Assembly: GCA_045536095.1 (NCBI GenBank)
Contig: JAZSMW010000100.1
Span: forward strand, 1-33,629
DNA: 33,629 bases
Reading direction: 5' to 3'
Origin: Clostridia bacterium
GTDB taxonomy: Bacteria > Bacillota > Clostridia > Christensenellales > UBA1242
This document shows positions 17,568 to 27,061 of this stretch, piece after piece; position 1 is the first letter of the stretch; each line of letters opens with the position of its first letter. Position numbers and translations under genes: made by a program. A model generated the notes under the pieces. The model was given only the letters and a program-made list of their open reading frames with translations. It was not told the origin of the DNA and made no database searches.

Positions 17568-19064
17568 TTAAAACTCCCTTAAGACAACATTGCCATTAAA
17601 CCAAGAATCAAAAAACGATTGTAAGTTTTTATTGCCTTTTTTGCAAAAACAATCTACAAGGTCTTGAGGCACAACTTCTGAAAACATGTTTTCTTGATAG
17701 TAATATTTTAAGCACTTATCCAATTTTTTTGCGCCAAGCACATTTTCTAGTTCAGCAAACATTAACATTCCTTTAACATACGACAAATATACATATTCAT
17801 TTTCTGTTTCAAACTCATTTAAACTTTTTAACATGCTTGTTGAAAAGTTTTCTTTTTTAACATCTGCATACACCTTTTCAAAGGTTGCATACGAACTGGT
17901 TGCATTTGCAAAAATTGTTTTGCTTTTAACACCATACTCTGGATGCGCATCATAAAATTTTGCTGTGTTGTAATCGGTTAACCCCTCGTCTAAAAAGCCA
18001 TATTTATATTGGTTGTTTCCCACAACGCCATACCACCACTGATGACAAAGTTCGTGCACAACAACATTTATATATGTTTGGTAATCTATAAGATCATCCG
18101 AAATTAAAACAAGGTTTGGATATTCCATTCCGCCGTGAACAAAGTTTGCCTCAACAACCGAAATATTTTTATATGGATATTCACCGTACTTTTTGTTATA
18201 ATCTAAAACCTGTTTAATAACTTTTAAAGTATCCTCTGGAGTACTGTCACCATAGTAATAATAGTCAATTTCTACACCACCATGATTTGCCTCTAAGTTT
18301 TCAAACTTTTGGCTTAACACCATTGCAAAATCTCTAACATTTTCTGCAGTTATTGTGGTAATTTTATTTTCGCCGTCTAACACATTTTTTTGAGAACCAG
18401 TGCTGGCAAGCGTCAAGTTTTTAGGGTATGTTATTTTTACCTCGTAATTTGCCATTTTGCTATAAAAAGGATCTCCGTTAGAGTTATATAAATCGGTTAC
18501 AAAACCTCCATCTTCATACACACACATAATTGGATAATAATTGCAAAGATTAATTGTACTAGAGCCATATCCAAGCCTATGATTAATGTTTGCAAGACTT
18601 ACACAAAAACCAATTTCAAACTCAAAAAATTCGTTAGGGTAAACAAGCTCGGGCAAAATAACTTTTAAAATGTTTTGATCCTCACCTGCTATTTCATAGG
18701 TTAAATATTCTTCATAGTGGCTAACACTTTCTATGGTTACACACCCATAACTTTTTCCGTTTGGATACGCCTTTTCGTAATTAGCAAGCGAAACAACACT
18801 TGCCTTTGCCCCCTCTTTGTACGCATTTGCATACAAGTGTAGATTTAATTCTTTTAAAGCATTGTCGGTGTAGTTGTAAAATCCAACCGTTTCTGTGCCT
18901 TCTAGCACATGGGAGCTTGCATCATACACCAAGTTTTGCTTGTAGTATGTTAAATTTTCGGTTTTGTTAAAACACTTAGATACTACTAAAAAACCACCAA
19001 TGGCAAAAACAACAATTAATAAAACAAAAATAATCTTCTTTTTCATGCTGTAATATATGCCCAT
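17568..19064 (-). CDS. Membrane-anchored M1-family zinc metallopeptidase
   Basis: 498 aa. HELCH followed 18 residues later by E (HEXXH-X18-E) within VVHELCHQWWYGVVGNNQYKYGFLDEGLTDY. An N-terminal TM helix is present. An alternative start is MKKKIIF at 19046. Confidence 0.85.
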   Translation of the reverse strand: MGIYYSMKKKIIFVLLIVVFAIGGFLVVSKCFNKTENLTYYKQNLVYDASSHVLEGTETVGFYNYTDNALKELNLHLYANAYKEGAKASVVSLANYEKAYPNGKSYGCVTIESVSHYEEYLTYEIAGEDQNILKVILPELVYPNEFFEFEIGFCVSLANINHRLGYGSSTINLCNYYPIMCVYEDGGFVTDLYNSNGDPFYSKMANYEVKITYPKNLTLASTGSQKNVLDGENKITTITAENVRDFAMVLSQKFENLEANHGGVEIDYYYYGDSTPEDTLKVIKQVLDYNKKYGEYPYKNISVVEANFVHGGMEYPNLVLISDDLIDYQTYINVVVHELCHQWWYGVVGNNQYKYGFLDEGLTDYNTAKFYDAHPEYGVKSKTIFANATSSYATFEKVYADVKKENFSTSMLKSLNEFETENEYVYLSYVKGMLMFAELENVLGAKKLDKCLKYYYQENMFSEVVPQDLVDCFCKKGNKNLQSFFDSWFNGNVVLREF

Positions 19065-19114
19065 AAAAGTTTTATTATGCCTGACACAAAAAAAAATTCA
19101 GTTCTAATAAATTC

Positions 19115-19143
19115 TTGATAAAAAAAAATATATATGCTACAAT
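19115..19143 (+). promoter_or_regulatory. Promoter of the DnaD/DnaB-like and dnaI operon
   Basis: TTGATA (19115-19120), a 17-nt spacer, then TACAAT (19138-19143). It overlaps the ORF-track ATG at 19134, which argues for the downstream start. Confidence 0.55.
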
Positions 19144-19166
19144 TCAAGCAAAGGAAACTTAAAAAA

Positions 19167-20618
19167 ATGGGATTTTGTCAATTTTCTTCAGAATGCGTAA
19201 TTTCTAACGCAACCAATGTAGATAATGCTTTTTTTAATGAGTTTTTGCCATATGCTAACGACACATGCGTTAAGGTTTATCTTTATGGCTTATACAAGTG
19301 CAACAACGCAAGTTCGTACGATAACACACTTGCGTCTTTTAGCAGTGTGCTTGGCCTTCCAGAAGAAGATATTTACAGTGCCTTTTTATATTGGCAAGAG
19401 CAAGGCCTTGTTCAAATTTTGGCAACCGAACCATTTGAAGTTGTTTATGTGCCAATTAAAAGTGCAATAACAAACACTAAAAAGTATAATAAAGACAAGT
19501 ACACAAACTTTAACATGCAACTAGAAGCAATTTTAAAAGGCAGACCAATTACTTTAAACGAATACCACCAATATTATGAATTCATGGAAGTTTATCACAT
19601 GGAAGCCGATGCTCTAATTTTAATAATTGAATATTGCGTTAGAGCAAAAGGCGTTAAAGTTGGCTACAACTACATATTAACAATTGCAAAAAACTGGGCA
19701 TACGAAGGCTTTACATCTTTTGATAAAGTAGACCAAAAACTACAAGAACTAGAACAAAACTCATCCGAAATTGGCGAATTGTTTGCCACTCTTGGCATAA
19801 AAAGAGTTGCCACAATAGACGAAAAAGAATTTTTAAACAAGTGGAAAACCGAATATTATTTTTCGGTTCCATGCATAAACGACGTTTGCAAACTACATAA
19901 AAAGAAAAAGTTAAAAATATTAAACTTTGAAAAGTTAGATTCTATTCTTCGCAAATACTACGAAATGAAACTTACCGAATTTAAAGATATAGAACTATAC
20001 GAAAACGAAAAAGAAGGCCTTTACAAAATTAGTAGGCTTGTTTGTAAGGACCTTGGTTTATATTACGACAACATAGAACCCGTTTCCACCAACTACGTAT
20101 CTAAATGGGTGCTTATGGGCTATAACGACGAAGTATTATCAAGCATTGCAAACTATTGCTTTAAATCGGCTATAAGAAGTTTAGAGGGCATGGATACGGT
20201 TATTAACAAATTTTTTAAACTTGGTATAATAACTCAAGACGCATTAACTCAATACTTTAACGATGTTTTAAAAGCCGATGAAAAAATTAAACAAATACTA
20301 GAAGCTCTTGGAATTGTTAGAAATGTTAACAAGTTTGACCGTGATTTTTATAAAATTTGGACAAACGAATGGAACATGCCCGAAGACCTTATTTATGAGG
20401 CAACAAATCTTTCTAAAGACAAAAACAGCCCTATGCAATATTTAAACAAAATTTTATCGCTTTGGCACTCTAAAGGCGTTAAAACGGTTGAAGATAGCAA
20501 AAAACACACACTATCCGACATTCCAAACAAACAACCCGTTCAAAACTACTCTAACAGAGATTATTCAAAAACCGACCTTAATGCACTTTTTGATAATTTA
20601 GAAGAAATTGAATTATAA
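19167..20618 (+). CDS. DnaD-domain replication initiation / membrane attachment protein (B. subtilis DnaB-like)
   Basis: ORF 19134..20618. I prefer ATG 19167 (MGFCQF...) with RBS AAGGAAA. The N-terminal YLYGLYKC-type and repeated DnaD-like C-terminal regions fit. It is immediately followed by a dnaI-like loader, as in the B. subtilis dnaB-dnaI operon. Confidence 0.7.
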   Translation: MGFCQFSSECVISNATNVDNAFFNEFLPYANDTCVKVYLYGLYKCNNASSYDNTLASFSSVLGLPEEDIYSAFLYWQEQGLVQILATEPFEVVYVPIKSAITNTKKYNKDKYTNFNMQLEAILKGRPITLNEYHQYYEFMEVYHMEADALILIIEYCVRAKGVKVGYNYILTIAKNWAYEGFTSFDKVDQKLQELEQNSSEIGELFATLGIKRVATIDEKEFLNKWKTEYYFSVPCINDVCKLHKKKKLKILNFEKLDSILRKYYEMKLTEFKDIELYENEKEGLYKISRLVCKDLGLYYDNIEPVSTNYVSKWVLMGYNDEVLSSIANYCFKSAIRSLEGMDTVINKFFKLGIITQDALTQYFNDVLKADEKIKQILEALGIVRNVNKFDRDFYKIWTNEWNMPEDLIYEATNLSKDKNSPMQYLNKILSLWHSKGVKTVEDSKKHTLSDIPNKQPVQNYSNRDYSKTDLNALFDNLEEIEL

Positions 20619-20629
20619 AGGAAACCAAT

Positions 20630-21523
20630 ATGAATAATAAAATTTTAAAACGTGCCATGGCAAGAATTGACGAGCGTAGACACTATGCCGACGATAAAGC
20701 CCGTCAAAACCTTCAGCTTGCACTTAAAAACCCAGAATTTAACAATCTTTTTAAATTGCAAAAAGAACAAGAAATAGAACTTGCAAGGCGCGAGGCCTAT
20801 GGCGAAGAAGTAAACTATGAAAGCATTAACCAAATTAAAAATCAACAAGAAGTTATTTTAAAACAGTTAAACTTAAACGGCACCGACATTACGCCAAACT
20901 ACGAGTGCAAAGACTGCAACGACACAGGCTACATAAACGGCTCTCTTTGTTCGTGCCTTAAAAAAGAAATTAATAAAGAACTTTTTGCGTATAGTGGTTT
21001 TACCGAAAAACTTGCCACATTTGAAATGAGCACAACTAATCACCCTGTTTATGACCTCATGCAAAAATGGTGCAACACCAAAAGTTCTAAAATTAATGTT
21101 TTAATTTCGGGGCACACCGGCACTGGCAAAACATTTTTAACACAGTGCATAGCTTCTCGCCTTATGGAACAAAACAGAGTTGTACTTTTTACAACCGCAT
21201 TTAATTTAAACAATGCACTTTTAAACTACCATATTTCATTTGACCCAAACCGCAACCAAATTATTGAACCCTTTTTAAATTCAGAGGTTTTAATAATAGA
21301 CGACCTTGGCACAGAACCAATGCTTAAAAATGTTACTAAAGAATATTTATATTTAATAATAAACGAGCGTATGCTTAACCACTTGCCAACAATTTTAACC
21401 ACAAATTTAGAAATGCAAGACATTTTGGTTAACTATGGCGAGCGCATATTCTCTAGGCTTGTAAACAAAAAAACATCAATTGCCCTAAATTTAGATGGCG
21501 AAGATTTAAGGCTAAAAAAATAA
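20630..21523 (+). CDS. dnaI: Helicase loader ATPase, DnaI/DnaC family
   Basis: 297 aa. The N-terminal Cys cluster is CKDCNDTGY...CSC. Walker A is GHTGTGKTFL and Walker B is LIIDDLGTE. RBS is AAGGAAA. Confidence 0.8.
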   Translation: MNNKILKRAMARIDERRHYADDKARQNLQLALKNPEFNNLFKLQKEQEIELARREAYGEEVNYESINQIKNQQEVILKQLNLNGTDITPNYECKDCNDTGYINGSLCSCLKKEINKELFAYSGFTEKLATFEMSTTNHPVYDLMQKWCNTKSSKINVLISGHTGTGKTFLTQCIASRLMEQNRVVLFTTAFNLNNALLNYHISFDPNRNQIIEPFLNSEVLIIDDLGTEPMLKNVTKEYLYLIINERMLNHLPTILTTNLEMQDILVNYGERIFSRLVNKKTSIALNLDGEDLRLKK

Positions 21524-21531
21524 TAAAATAT

Positions 21532-21574
21532 GGAAATACTGCCATAATCATACCTTTATTGATATTTCCTACTA
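21532..21574 (+). repeat. Hairpin carrying the shared 14-mer GATATTTCCTACTA (related to repeat copy B)
   Basis: GGAAATA (21532-21538) pairs with TATTTCC (21563-21569). GATATTTCCTACTA (21561-21574) is identical to 28494-28507. As in copy B, an A-run and a terminator follow. Confidence 0.5.
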
Positions 21575-21575
21575 C

Positions 21576-21607
21576 AAAAAAAACCACTATGTTTAGTGGT
21601 TTTTTTA
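21576..21607. terminator. Bidirectional terminator between convergent dnaI and the HD gene
   Basis: AACCACTA-TGTT-TAGTGGTT is flanked by A8 and T7 runs. Confidence 0.75.
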
Positions 21608-21609
21608 AC

Positions 21610-22206
21610 TTAATTTTCTTGTGGTTGAGCTTTCTCGTCTAAATATGTGGCCTCTATGTCACTTAAATGAAATATTAGTGCACTAGGGTAAGCATAAAAC
21701 ACCTCATCCAACCCGTAAAATCCTCCTCTAACACGGTTGTCAAAACCACCCATATGCCAATTAATAGCCATTGCCTCTTCTCTAGTAAGCCTTAAAAAGC
21801 CATTAATTATGTAAACCGACTTTTCGCCATGACCATAAGGAAGAGCATCCTCCACCCTATAATATGGCTTTTGAACCCAAACACCATTTTCTTTAACATT
21901 TTTAAAATCTTTTTTATAATAATCTACCTTGCACACATCGTGAAAAAGGGCAATTATGGTTGCACTTTCAAGCGATATAACATTTTGCCAATTTTCGCCA
22001 TATTCTTTTTGCAAGTTTTTAACAAACCTGTTAAATACGTTTATGCTATGTTCACACAACCCTCCCTCATGGCTTGAGTGAAATCTTGAACTTGCTGGTG
22101 CTTCAAAAAAATCGGTTTTTTGCAAATATTCTAAAAGTTTTTCTAACCCCTCTCTTTTTATGTTTTGTTTTGCCAAACTTAAAAATTGATCCTTTATCTC
22201 TTGCAT
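21610..22206 (-). CDS. HD-domain phosphohydrolase
   Basis: HSSHEGGLCEHS and ALFHDVCK form the HD motif. I prefer the start MQEIKDQ (22206), preceded by GGAGGG, over the ORF-track start at 22227. Confidence 0.75.
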   Translation of the reverse strand: MQEIKDQFLSLAKQNIKREGLEKLLEYLQKTDFFEAPASSRFHSSHEGGLCEHSINVFNRFVKNLQKEYGENWQNVISLESATIIALFHDVCKVDYYKKDFKNVKENGVWVQKPYYRVEDALPYGHGEKSVYIINGFLRLTREEAMAINWHMGGFDNRVRGGFYGLDEVFYAYPSALIFHLSDIEATYLDEKAQPQEN

Positions 22207-22393
22207 ACGCCCTCCAATTATGAACATTTATTCATATACTAAATACATCTTAAATAAAATGTTCTTGTGTTTTTCTTATGTATTATATCACAAATTACCC
22301 TGCCAGGCAATAAATAGGTGCTAAAAATTTTATTGTTTAAATAATATAAAATTTAATGTAATTTAATAAAAAATAACCGAATATACATAAAAT

Positions 22394-22963
22394 ATGTCAA
22401 TAATTTGGTTTTTTATGGTGTTTTTGTCGGTTTTAATTTTAATTTTTACAAACCCCGCAATAGTTGTAAGCGAAATGCTAAACGCATCTGCCAGTGCGGT
22501 AGAACTTTGCATTAACCTTTTGGGCATTTATGCTGTGTGGCTAGGAATAATTAATATTTTAAACAAAAGCGGACTTTCGGACAAACTAGCCACCATTCTT
22601 AGCCCAATTATTAACTTTTTGTTTAAAACAAAAAATCAAGAGGCTAAAAAATATATTGCAATAAATTTATCATCTAACATTTTAGGGCTTGGCAACGCAT
22701 CTACTCCAAGTGGCATTAAAGCAATGAAATGCCTAGATGACCAAAGCGGAAAAATAACATTTGCCGGCATTATGCTTATTGTTATTAATTCTGTTTCGGT
22801 TCAACTTTTGCCCACAACCGTCATTGGTTTACGAGAAAGTGCAGGAAGCATTAATTCATCTAGCATAATTTTACCAACAATTTTTTCTAGTTATTTAACG
22901 GTTATATTTGCTGTAACATTAACGCTTTTAATTAAAAAAATACTTGCAAGGGGGCGAAAATGA
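22394..22963 (+). CDS. spmA: Nucleoside-recognition-domain membrane protein, SpmA-like
   Basis: 189-aa polytopic ORF with NLLGLGNASTPSGIKAM-type Gate-domain sequence. It is translationally coupled (ATGA overlap) to a SpmB-like ORF. Confidence 0.7.
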   Translation: MSIIWFFMVFLSVLILIFTNPAIVVSEMLNASASAVELCINLLGIYAVWLGIINILNKSGLSDKLATILSPIINFLFKTKNQEAKKYIAINLSSNILGLGNASTPSGIKAMKCLDDQSGKITFAGIMLIVINSVSVQLLPTTVIGLRESAGSINSSSIILPTIFSSYLTVIFAVTLTLLIKKILARGRK

Positions 22964-23466
22964 GCAGTTATATAATTCCCATTTTAATATTATTACTTTT
23001 TGCGTATGCGTTTTTTAAAAAGGTTAATGTGTATAAAAGCTTTATAGCCGGAGCAAAAGAATCTGCCAGTTTGTGCATAGACATATTTCCATATATTGTT
23101 GCCATTTTGGTTGCCGTTGCCCTTTTTAGATGTAGCGGTCTTGCAAATTTTTTAACAACACTCATTTCACCTGTTTTTAATTTTTTGGGTATACCCACCG
23201 AAGTTTGCGAACTTGTTTTGCTTAGACCGTTTACAGGCTCTGGAAGTTACGCAATTTTAGACGGCATTTTTGCTGAGTATGGAGTAGATAGTTACATTTC
23301 TAGGTGTGCATCTTGCATTATGGGCAGTAGCGAAACGCTTTTTTATGTTTCTACCGTTTACACATCTGGGACCTCTATAAAAAAACTTTCGTACGCCATA
23401 CCGGTTGGCATTATCTCAAGCCTTATAGGCTCGGTTTTGGCTTGTTTGTTTTGCAAAATATTATAA
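22960..23466 (+). CDS. spmB: SpmB-like membrane protein
   Basis: 168-aa polytopic ORF with LLRPFTGSGS and a 4-nt overlap with spmA. RBS is GGGGG. Confidence 0.7.
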   Translation: MSSYIIPILILLLFAYAFFKKVNVYKSFIAGAKESASLCIDIFPYIVAILVAVALFRCSGLANFLTTLISPVFNFLGIPTEVCELVLLRPFTGSGSYAILDGIFAEYGVDSYISRCASCIMGSSETLFYVSTVYTSGTSIKKLSYAIPVGIISSLIGSVLACLFCKIL

Positions 23467-23489
23467 GTTGCAATTATGCAAGCCCTTTT

Positions 23490-23522
23490 AAAAAAAACAC
23501 TCTATCAAATTATGATAAAGTG
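23490..23522 (-). terminator. Intrinsic terminator of the guanylate kinase-like gene
   Basis: A 10-bp stem (23498-23507 with 23513-23522) has one position that is a G-U wobble only on the minus-strand RNA. It is followed by U8 (plus-strand A-run 23490-23497). Confidence 0.65.
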
Positions 23523-23547
23523 CCAAAATGTATATGGTTTAATTTCC

Positions 23548-24123
23548 TTATGCATTCTCTTTAAACATTTGTTCTTTTTTTTCAAACTTTGCAATTAGTT
23601 TTTCTATTTCTTTAATTGTTTTATCTAAATTTAAGTTTTCAATTACAACATCGTAGTTTTTTACGTACGAAAGTTCAAACTCCATGCGAGACATTCTTAA
23701 ATCTATATCGTGATCACCCCTTGCCTTTAGCCTTTTAATAAGTTCTTCTTTAGGTGCAGTTAAAAATATAGATAACACAACCGCCTTTTTCTTTAACGCC
23801 TCTTTAATGTTTTTTTGCCCCAAAACACCAATATCTTTAATAAAGTGACAACTGCTTTTTGACACTTCTTCTAACGAAGAATTTAGCATGCCATAAAAAT
23901 TTTGATGTACCTCTTCGTGCTCAAAAAGTTCGCCATTTTTAATTTTATTTTCAAACTCATCTCTTGAAAGGTATATATATGGGCTATGCATATCTTCATC
24001 GGTGCTTCTTGGCCTTCTGGTTGTGCAGGTTTGAAGAAGTTTTATATTACTATGTTTTTCTAATAATTTGGTAATAACCGTGTTTTTTCCAACTCCCGAA
24101 GAGCCCGAAATTATAACTAGCAT
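23548..24123 (-). CDS. gmk: Guanylate kinase-like protein
   Basis: 191 aa. P-loop is ISGSSGVGKNT. TTRRPRS...YIYLSRDEFE matches the guanylate-kinase signature region. RBS is AAGGAG. Confidence 0.7.
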   Translation of the reverse strand: MLVIISGSSGVGKNTVITKLLEKHSNIKLLQTCTTRRPRSTDEDMHSPYIYLSRDEFENKIKNGELFEHEEVHQNFYGMLNSSLEEVSKSSCHFIKDIGVLGQKNIKEALKKKAVVLSIFLTAPKEELIKRLKARGDHDIDLRMSRMEFELSYVKNYDVVIENLNLDKTIKEIEKLIAKFEKKEQMFKENA

Positions 24124-24242
24124 ACATGCTCCTTTTTAAAAAATAATGCTAGTTTAGATTTTAGCAAACAAATACCTTTTTTGGCAAATGTTTTAAGCAC
24201 AATATTACAACAATTTTATACATTTTTTGCAATCTATAAATA

Positions 24243-25136
24243 TTACAAAACTTCGTAGTTTAGTTTTACGTTTTCACCAGTTTCGGCATCTTGATATGTT
24301 ATATAGTAACCAAAACCGTCTTCTTTTTCGGTATCTATTGGTAACCACTCACAAAAACCCTTTATATCTTCTGGTGGCAACGCACTTTTGGTGCTTGGAA
24401 CTCCATAACACACATATTTTATTTTTCCATTTTCATACAAAAGCCCAACAACGTAATACTCACCCTTTTCTTCGTAGTCTATTTTTACCCATTTACTTTC
24501 TGGGATTATTTGCTTTAATATTTCATCTTCGGGATATTTGTTAAAAAGTTCATTTATTTGCTCTTCTATATTGTCAAAAAAAGTGTCTTCTTTAACTGGA
24601 GCTGGAGAAGTATCATCTTCTTGCTTAAAAAAGGCATCACGATATTTACAAGTAGCACATGCATTTTCGGTCTCTAAAATTTGGTCTATTTGCTCATCAA
24701 TCTCTTCTTGATCTTCTAAGTATATTTTGTTTTGATTTAAATTTTCTTCAACTTCTTTAACCGTTGGCTTTTGATCAAACACATTAAGTGCGTTACACAA
24801 GCCCTCTTCTGTTTCACTTATTCCGTTAGTAGAGCCCATAAGCAACGGTTTTGCATCTCCGTTTACAAAATTAACAAGTGCGCACGAAAAAGAGTTAAAG
24901 TTGTTTTCTCCATTTATTTTAAATGAATAAAACCCATTATTCTCTTTTGTTAAACCGGCTTTTGTAACCTTTTGGTTATGTAATATTCCAAGGCTTAAAA
25001 TTCCATTTGGTTCTTTTTCAAAGTTATATAGTCTTACATTGCCAAGTGTTTCGCCATTGTCATATTCTAATGTTACAACCGCTTTTTGTTTGCCTCCACA
25101 CAAACTTGTTAGCACAACACTTTTTTTATATATCAT
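24243..25136 (-). CDS. Hypothetical protein (297 aa, acidic, CATC motif)
   Basis: Long ORF with a strong RBS (GGAGGAAAT-ATG). I recognise no family. Confidence 0.55.
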   Translation of the reverse strand: MIYKKSVVLTSLCGGKQKAVVTLEYDNGETLGNVRLYNFEKEPNGILSLGILHNQKVTKAGLTKENNGFYSFKINGENNFNSFSCALVNFVNGDAKPLLMGSTNGISETEEGLCNALNVFDQKPTVKEVEENLNQNKIYLEDQEEIDEQIDQILETENACATCKYRDAFFKQEDDTSPAPVKEDTFFDNIEEQINELFNKYPEDEILKQIIPESKWVKIDYEEKGEYYVVGLLYENGKIKYVCYGVPSTKSALPPEDIKGFCEWLPIDTEKEDGFGYYITYQDAETGENVKLNYEVL

Positions 25137-25241
25137 ATTTCCTCCAATTAGTTTTTGTTATTATATGATATTATTTGTAGCCTTTGTGTATATATTATTG
25201 TTTTATTTTGGCTTAATTTTGCTTTTTTTAGCAAAAAAAAT

Positions 25242-25331
25242 ACAGCCACTGCAAACCATTTGATGTTCAAAGGGTTTAGCCTGCAAAAATTGCAGGCTGT
25301 GGGTTGACAAATGGCAACCCGCAGTGGCTGT
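25242..25331 (-). ncRNA. Candidate structured RNA element E2: 90-nt four-helix junction between rsmA and the 297-aa gene; may double as a branched terminator
   Basis: P1 is an 11-bp helix (25242-25252 with 25321-25331). It encloses hairpins 25253-25277 (10 bp plus 1 mismatch), 25278-25298 (8-9 bp) and 25301-25320 (6 bp). On the minus strand P1 is followed by A-U8 (25241-25233). The architecture is the same as E1. Confidence 0.4.
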
Positions 25332-25351
25332 TTGCTCATAAATTTTATTTA

Positions 25352-26179
25352 TTAAACAACTTCACTTATTTTATTAACTATTTTAACAAAGTCGGCGGTA
25401 GCTAAGGCATCGCCCCTTACCGATTCGCTGTATCCAAGATCGGTTAATAACTTTGTTAACTGGCCTTTGCTTATTTTAAAGTCTTTGCTTAAATTATTTG
25501 CCAAAGTTTTTCTTCGGTTAGAAAATGCACTTTTAACCACACTTTCAAAAATTTCCACATTTGCATTGTATTTATATTTAACAAAATTAATTTGCACAAC
25601 ACACGAATCTACATTTGGTGCCGGCACAAACATATGTCTTGGCACATTTCGTAAAATCTTTACATCTCCATAAAAATCTAATATTGTCGAAATAGAACCA
25701 TATTCTGCACTAGAACAGTCCGCAACCAATCGTTGTGCCACCTCTTTTTGAACCATAATGCTCATACTTTTACACTTGCTTGTTTTTCCCACAAACTTAA
25801 ATATTAGTGGTGTTGTAATATAATATGGCAAGTTTGCAACAATTTTATATTCACCTTCAAAATTTGCCTCTATTTGTTTAAGGTCGGTTTTAAGAGCATC
25901 TGCAAAAATTATTTCACTGTTTTTAACATCTGCCAAATTTTCCTCTAAAATTGGTTTAAGATTTTGGTCTATTTCGTAACTAACAACACGCTTAGCACAT
26001 TTTGCAATAACCTTAGTTAACGTTCCTGCTCCCGGACCAATTTCTAGCACTTCATCATCTTTTGTTATTTTGCTATCGCTAATTATAGCCTCTAGTAAAT
26101 TTGTATCAAAAATAAAGTTTTGCCCAAACTTTTTGTTAAACTTAAAATCATTTTTTTCTAAAACACTTAATTCACTCAT
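25352..26179 (-). CDS. rsmA: 16S rRNA (adenine1518/1519-N6)-dimethyltransferase
   Basis: 275 aa. KKFGQNFIFDTNLL and EIGPGAGTLT motifs are present. It lies directly downstream of tatD, as in Bacillus. Confidence 0.95.
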   Translation of the reverse strand: MSELSVLEKNDFKFNKKFGQNFIFDTNLLEAIISDSKITKDDEVLEIGPGAGTLTKVIAKCAKRVVSYEIDQNLKPILEENLADVKNSEIIFADALKTDLKQIEANFEGEYKIVANLPYYITTPLIFKFVGKTSKCKSMSIMVQKEVAQRLVADCSSAEYGSISTILDFYGDVKILRNVPRHMFVPAPNVDSCVVQINFVKYKYNANVEIFESVVKSAFSNRRKTLANNLSKDFKISKGQLTKLLTDLGYSESVRGDALATADFVKIVNKISEVV

Positions 26180-26189
26180 ACATTACCCT

Positions 26190-26951
26190 TTAAATTTTAT
26201 AAAATCTTTCGGCATTTTTGGTTGTAATTTCTTCTAATTCTTTAACCTCAAGGCCTCGTATTTCGGCAATTTTTTCTAACGTTTTAACAACATATTTAGG
26301 TTGGTTTATTTTAGACCTAAACGGAACCGGCGCTAAATATGGGCAGTCGGTTTCTAGCATTAATAAATTTATATCACACTCTTTTGCAACATTTAACACA
26401 TTATTTGCGTTTTTAAATGTAACAATTCCCCCTAACGAAATATAAAAACCCATTTTGGTAATTTCTTTTAAAATTTCTGTGCTCATACTAAAACAATGAA
26501 TGCACACACCATTTGTTAATTTGTGAGCATTTTGTTTTAAAATTTCAAGAGTATCCCCAGTGGCATCTCTTGAATGAATAACAACCGGAAGTTTAAGTTT
26601 TTGTGCTAAATCTATTTGTTTTAAAAACACTTCTTTTTGTTTTTCTCGAGTAGCAAACTCGTGGCAGTAATCTAACCCAATTTCGCCAATTGCAACAACT
26701 TTTTTGTTTTGTGCAAGGTGCTCTAAAACACTAATGGTTTGCTCGTTAAACGAATTAGCCTCTTCGGGATGAACACCAACAGTTGCAAAAACACACTCGT
26801 AACGATTTGCCAATTCTACCGCATTTAATGAAGAGTTTTCATCACTACTAGCACAAACAATTTTGCTAACACCACTTTCTTTTGCACTATTAATTATTTC
26901 GTCTACATTTTCAAACATTTTGTCTTGCAAATGTGCATGAGTATCTATCAT
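26190..26951 (-). CDS. tatD: TatD-family metal-dependent hydrolase/DNase
   Basis: MIDTHAHL start motif, plus GEIGLDY and VIHSRDA motifs. I prefer the start at 26951, which has GGAG 8 nt upstream, over the ORF-track 27011. Confidence 0.9.
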   Translation of the reverse strand: MIDTHAHLQDKMFENVDEIINSAKESGVSKIVCASSDENSSLNAVELANRYECVFATVGVHPEEANSFNEQTISVLEHLAQNKKVVAIGEIGLDYCHEFATREKQKEVFLKQIDLAQKLKLPVVIHSRDATGDTLEILKQNAHKLTNGVCIHCFSMSTEILKEITKMGFYISLGGIVTFKNANNVLNVAKECDINLLMLETDCPYLAPVPFRSKINQPKYVVKTLEKIAEIRGLEVKELEEITTKNAERFYKI

Positions 26952-26967
26952 AATTTTCTCCAATATC

Positions 26968-26996
26968 ATTTTAAGTGTTTTTGCCAAAGTTGTCAA
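26968..26996 (-). promoter_or_regulatory. Promoter of the tatD-rsmA operon
   Basis: Minus strand reads TTGACA (26996-26991), a 17-nt spacer, then TAAAAT (26973-26968). The ~16-nt leader contains GGAG. Confidence 0.65.
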
Positions 26997-27026
26997 CAAT
27001 GCCTTAAACAAAATTGAATCTAATAT

Positions 27027-27055
27027 TTGACATTTTTTTATTATTAATTTACAAT
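27027..27055 (+). promoter_or_regulatory. Promoter abutting the start codon of the 27062 gene (leaderless prediction)
   Basis: TTGACA (27027-27032), a 17-nt spacer, TACAAT (27050-27055), then only AAAAAT before ATG 27062. No SD is present. Confidence 0.6.
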
Positions 27056-27061
27056 AAAAAT

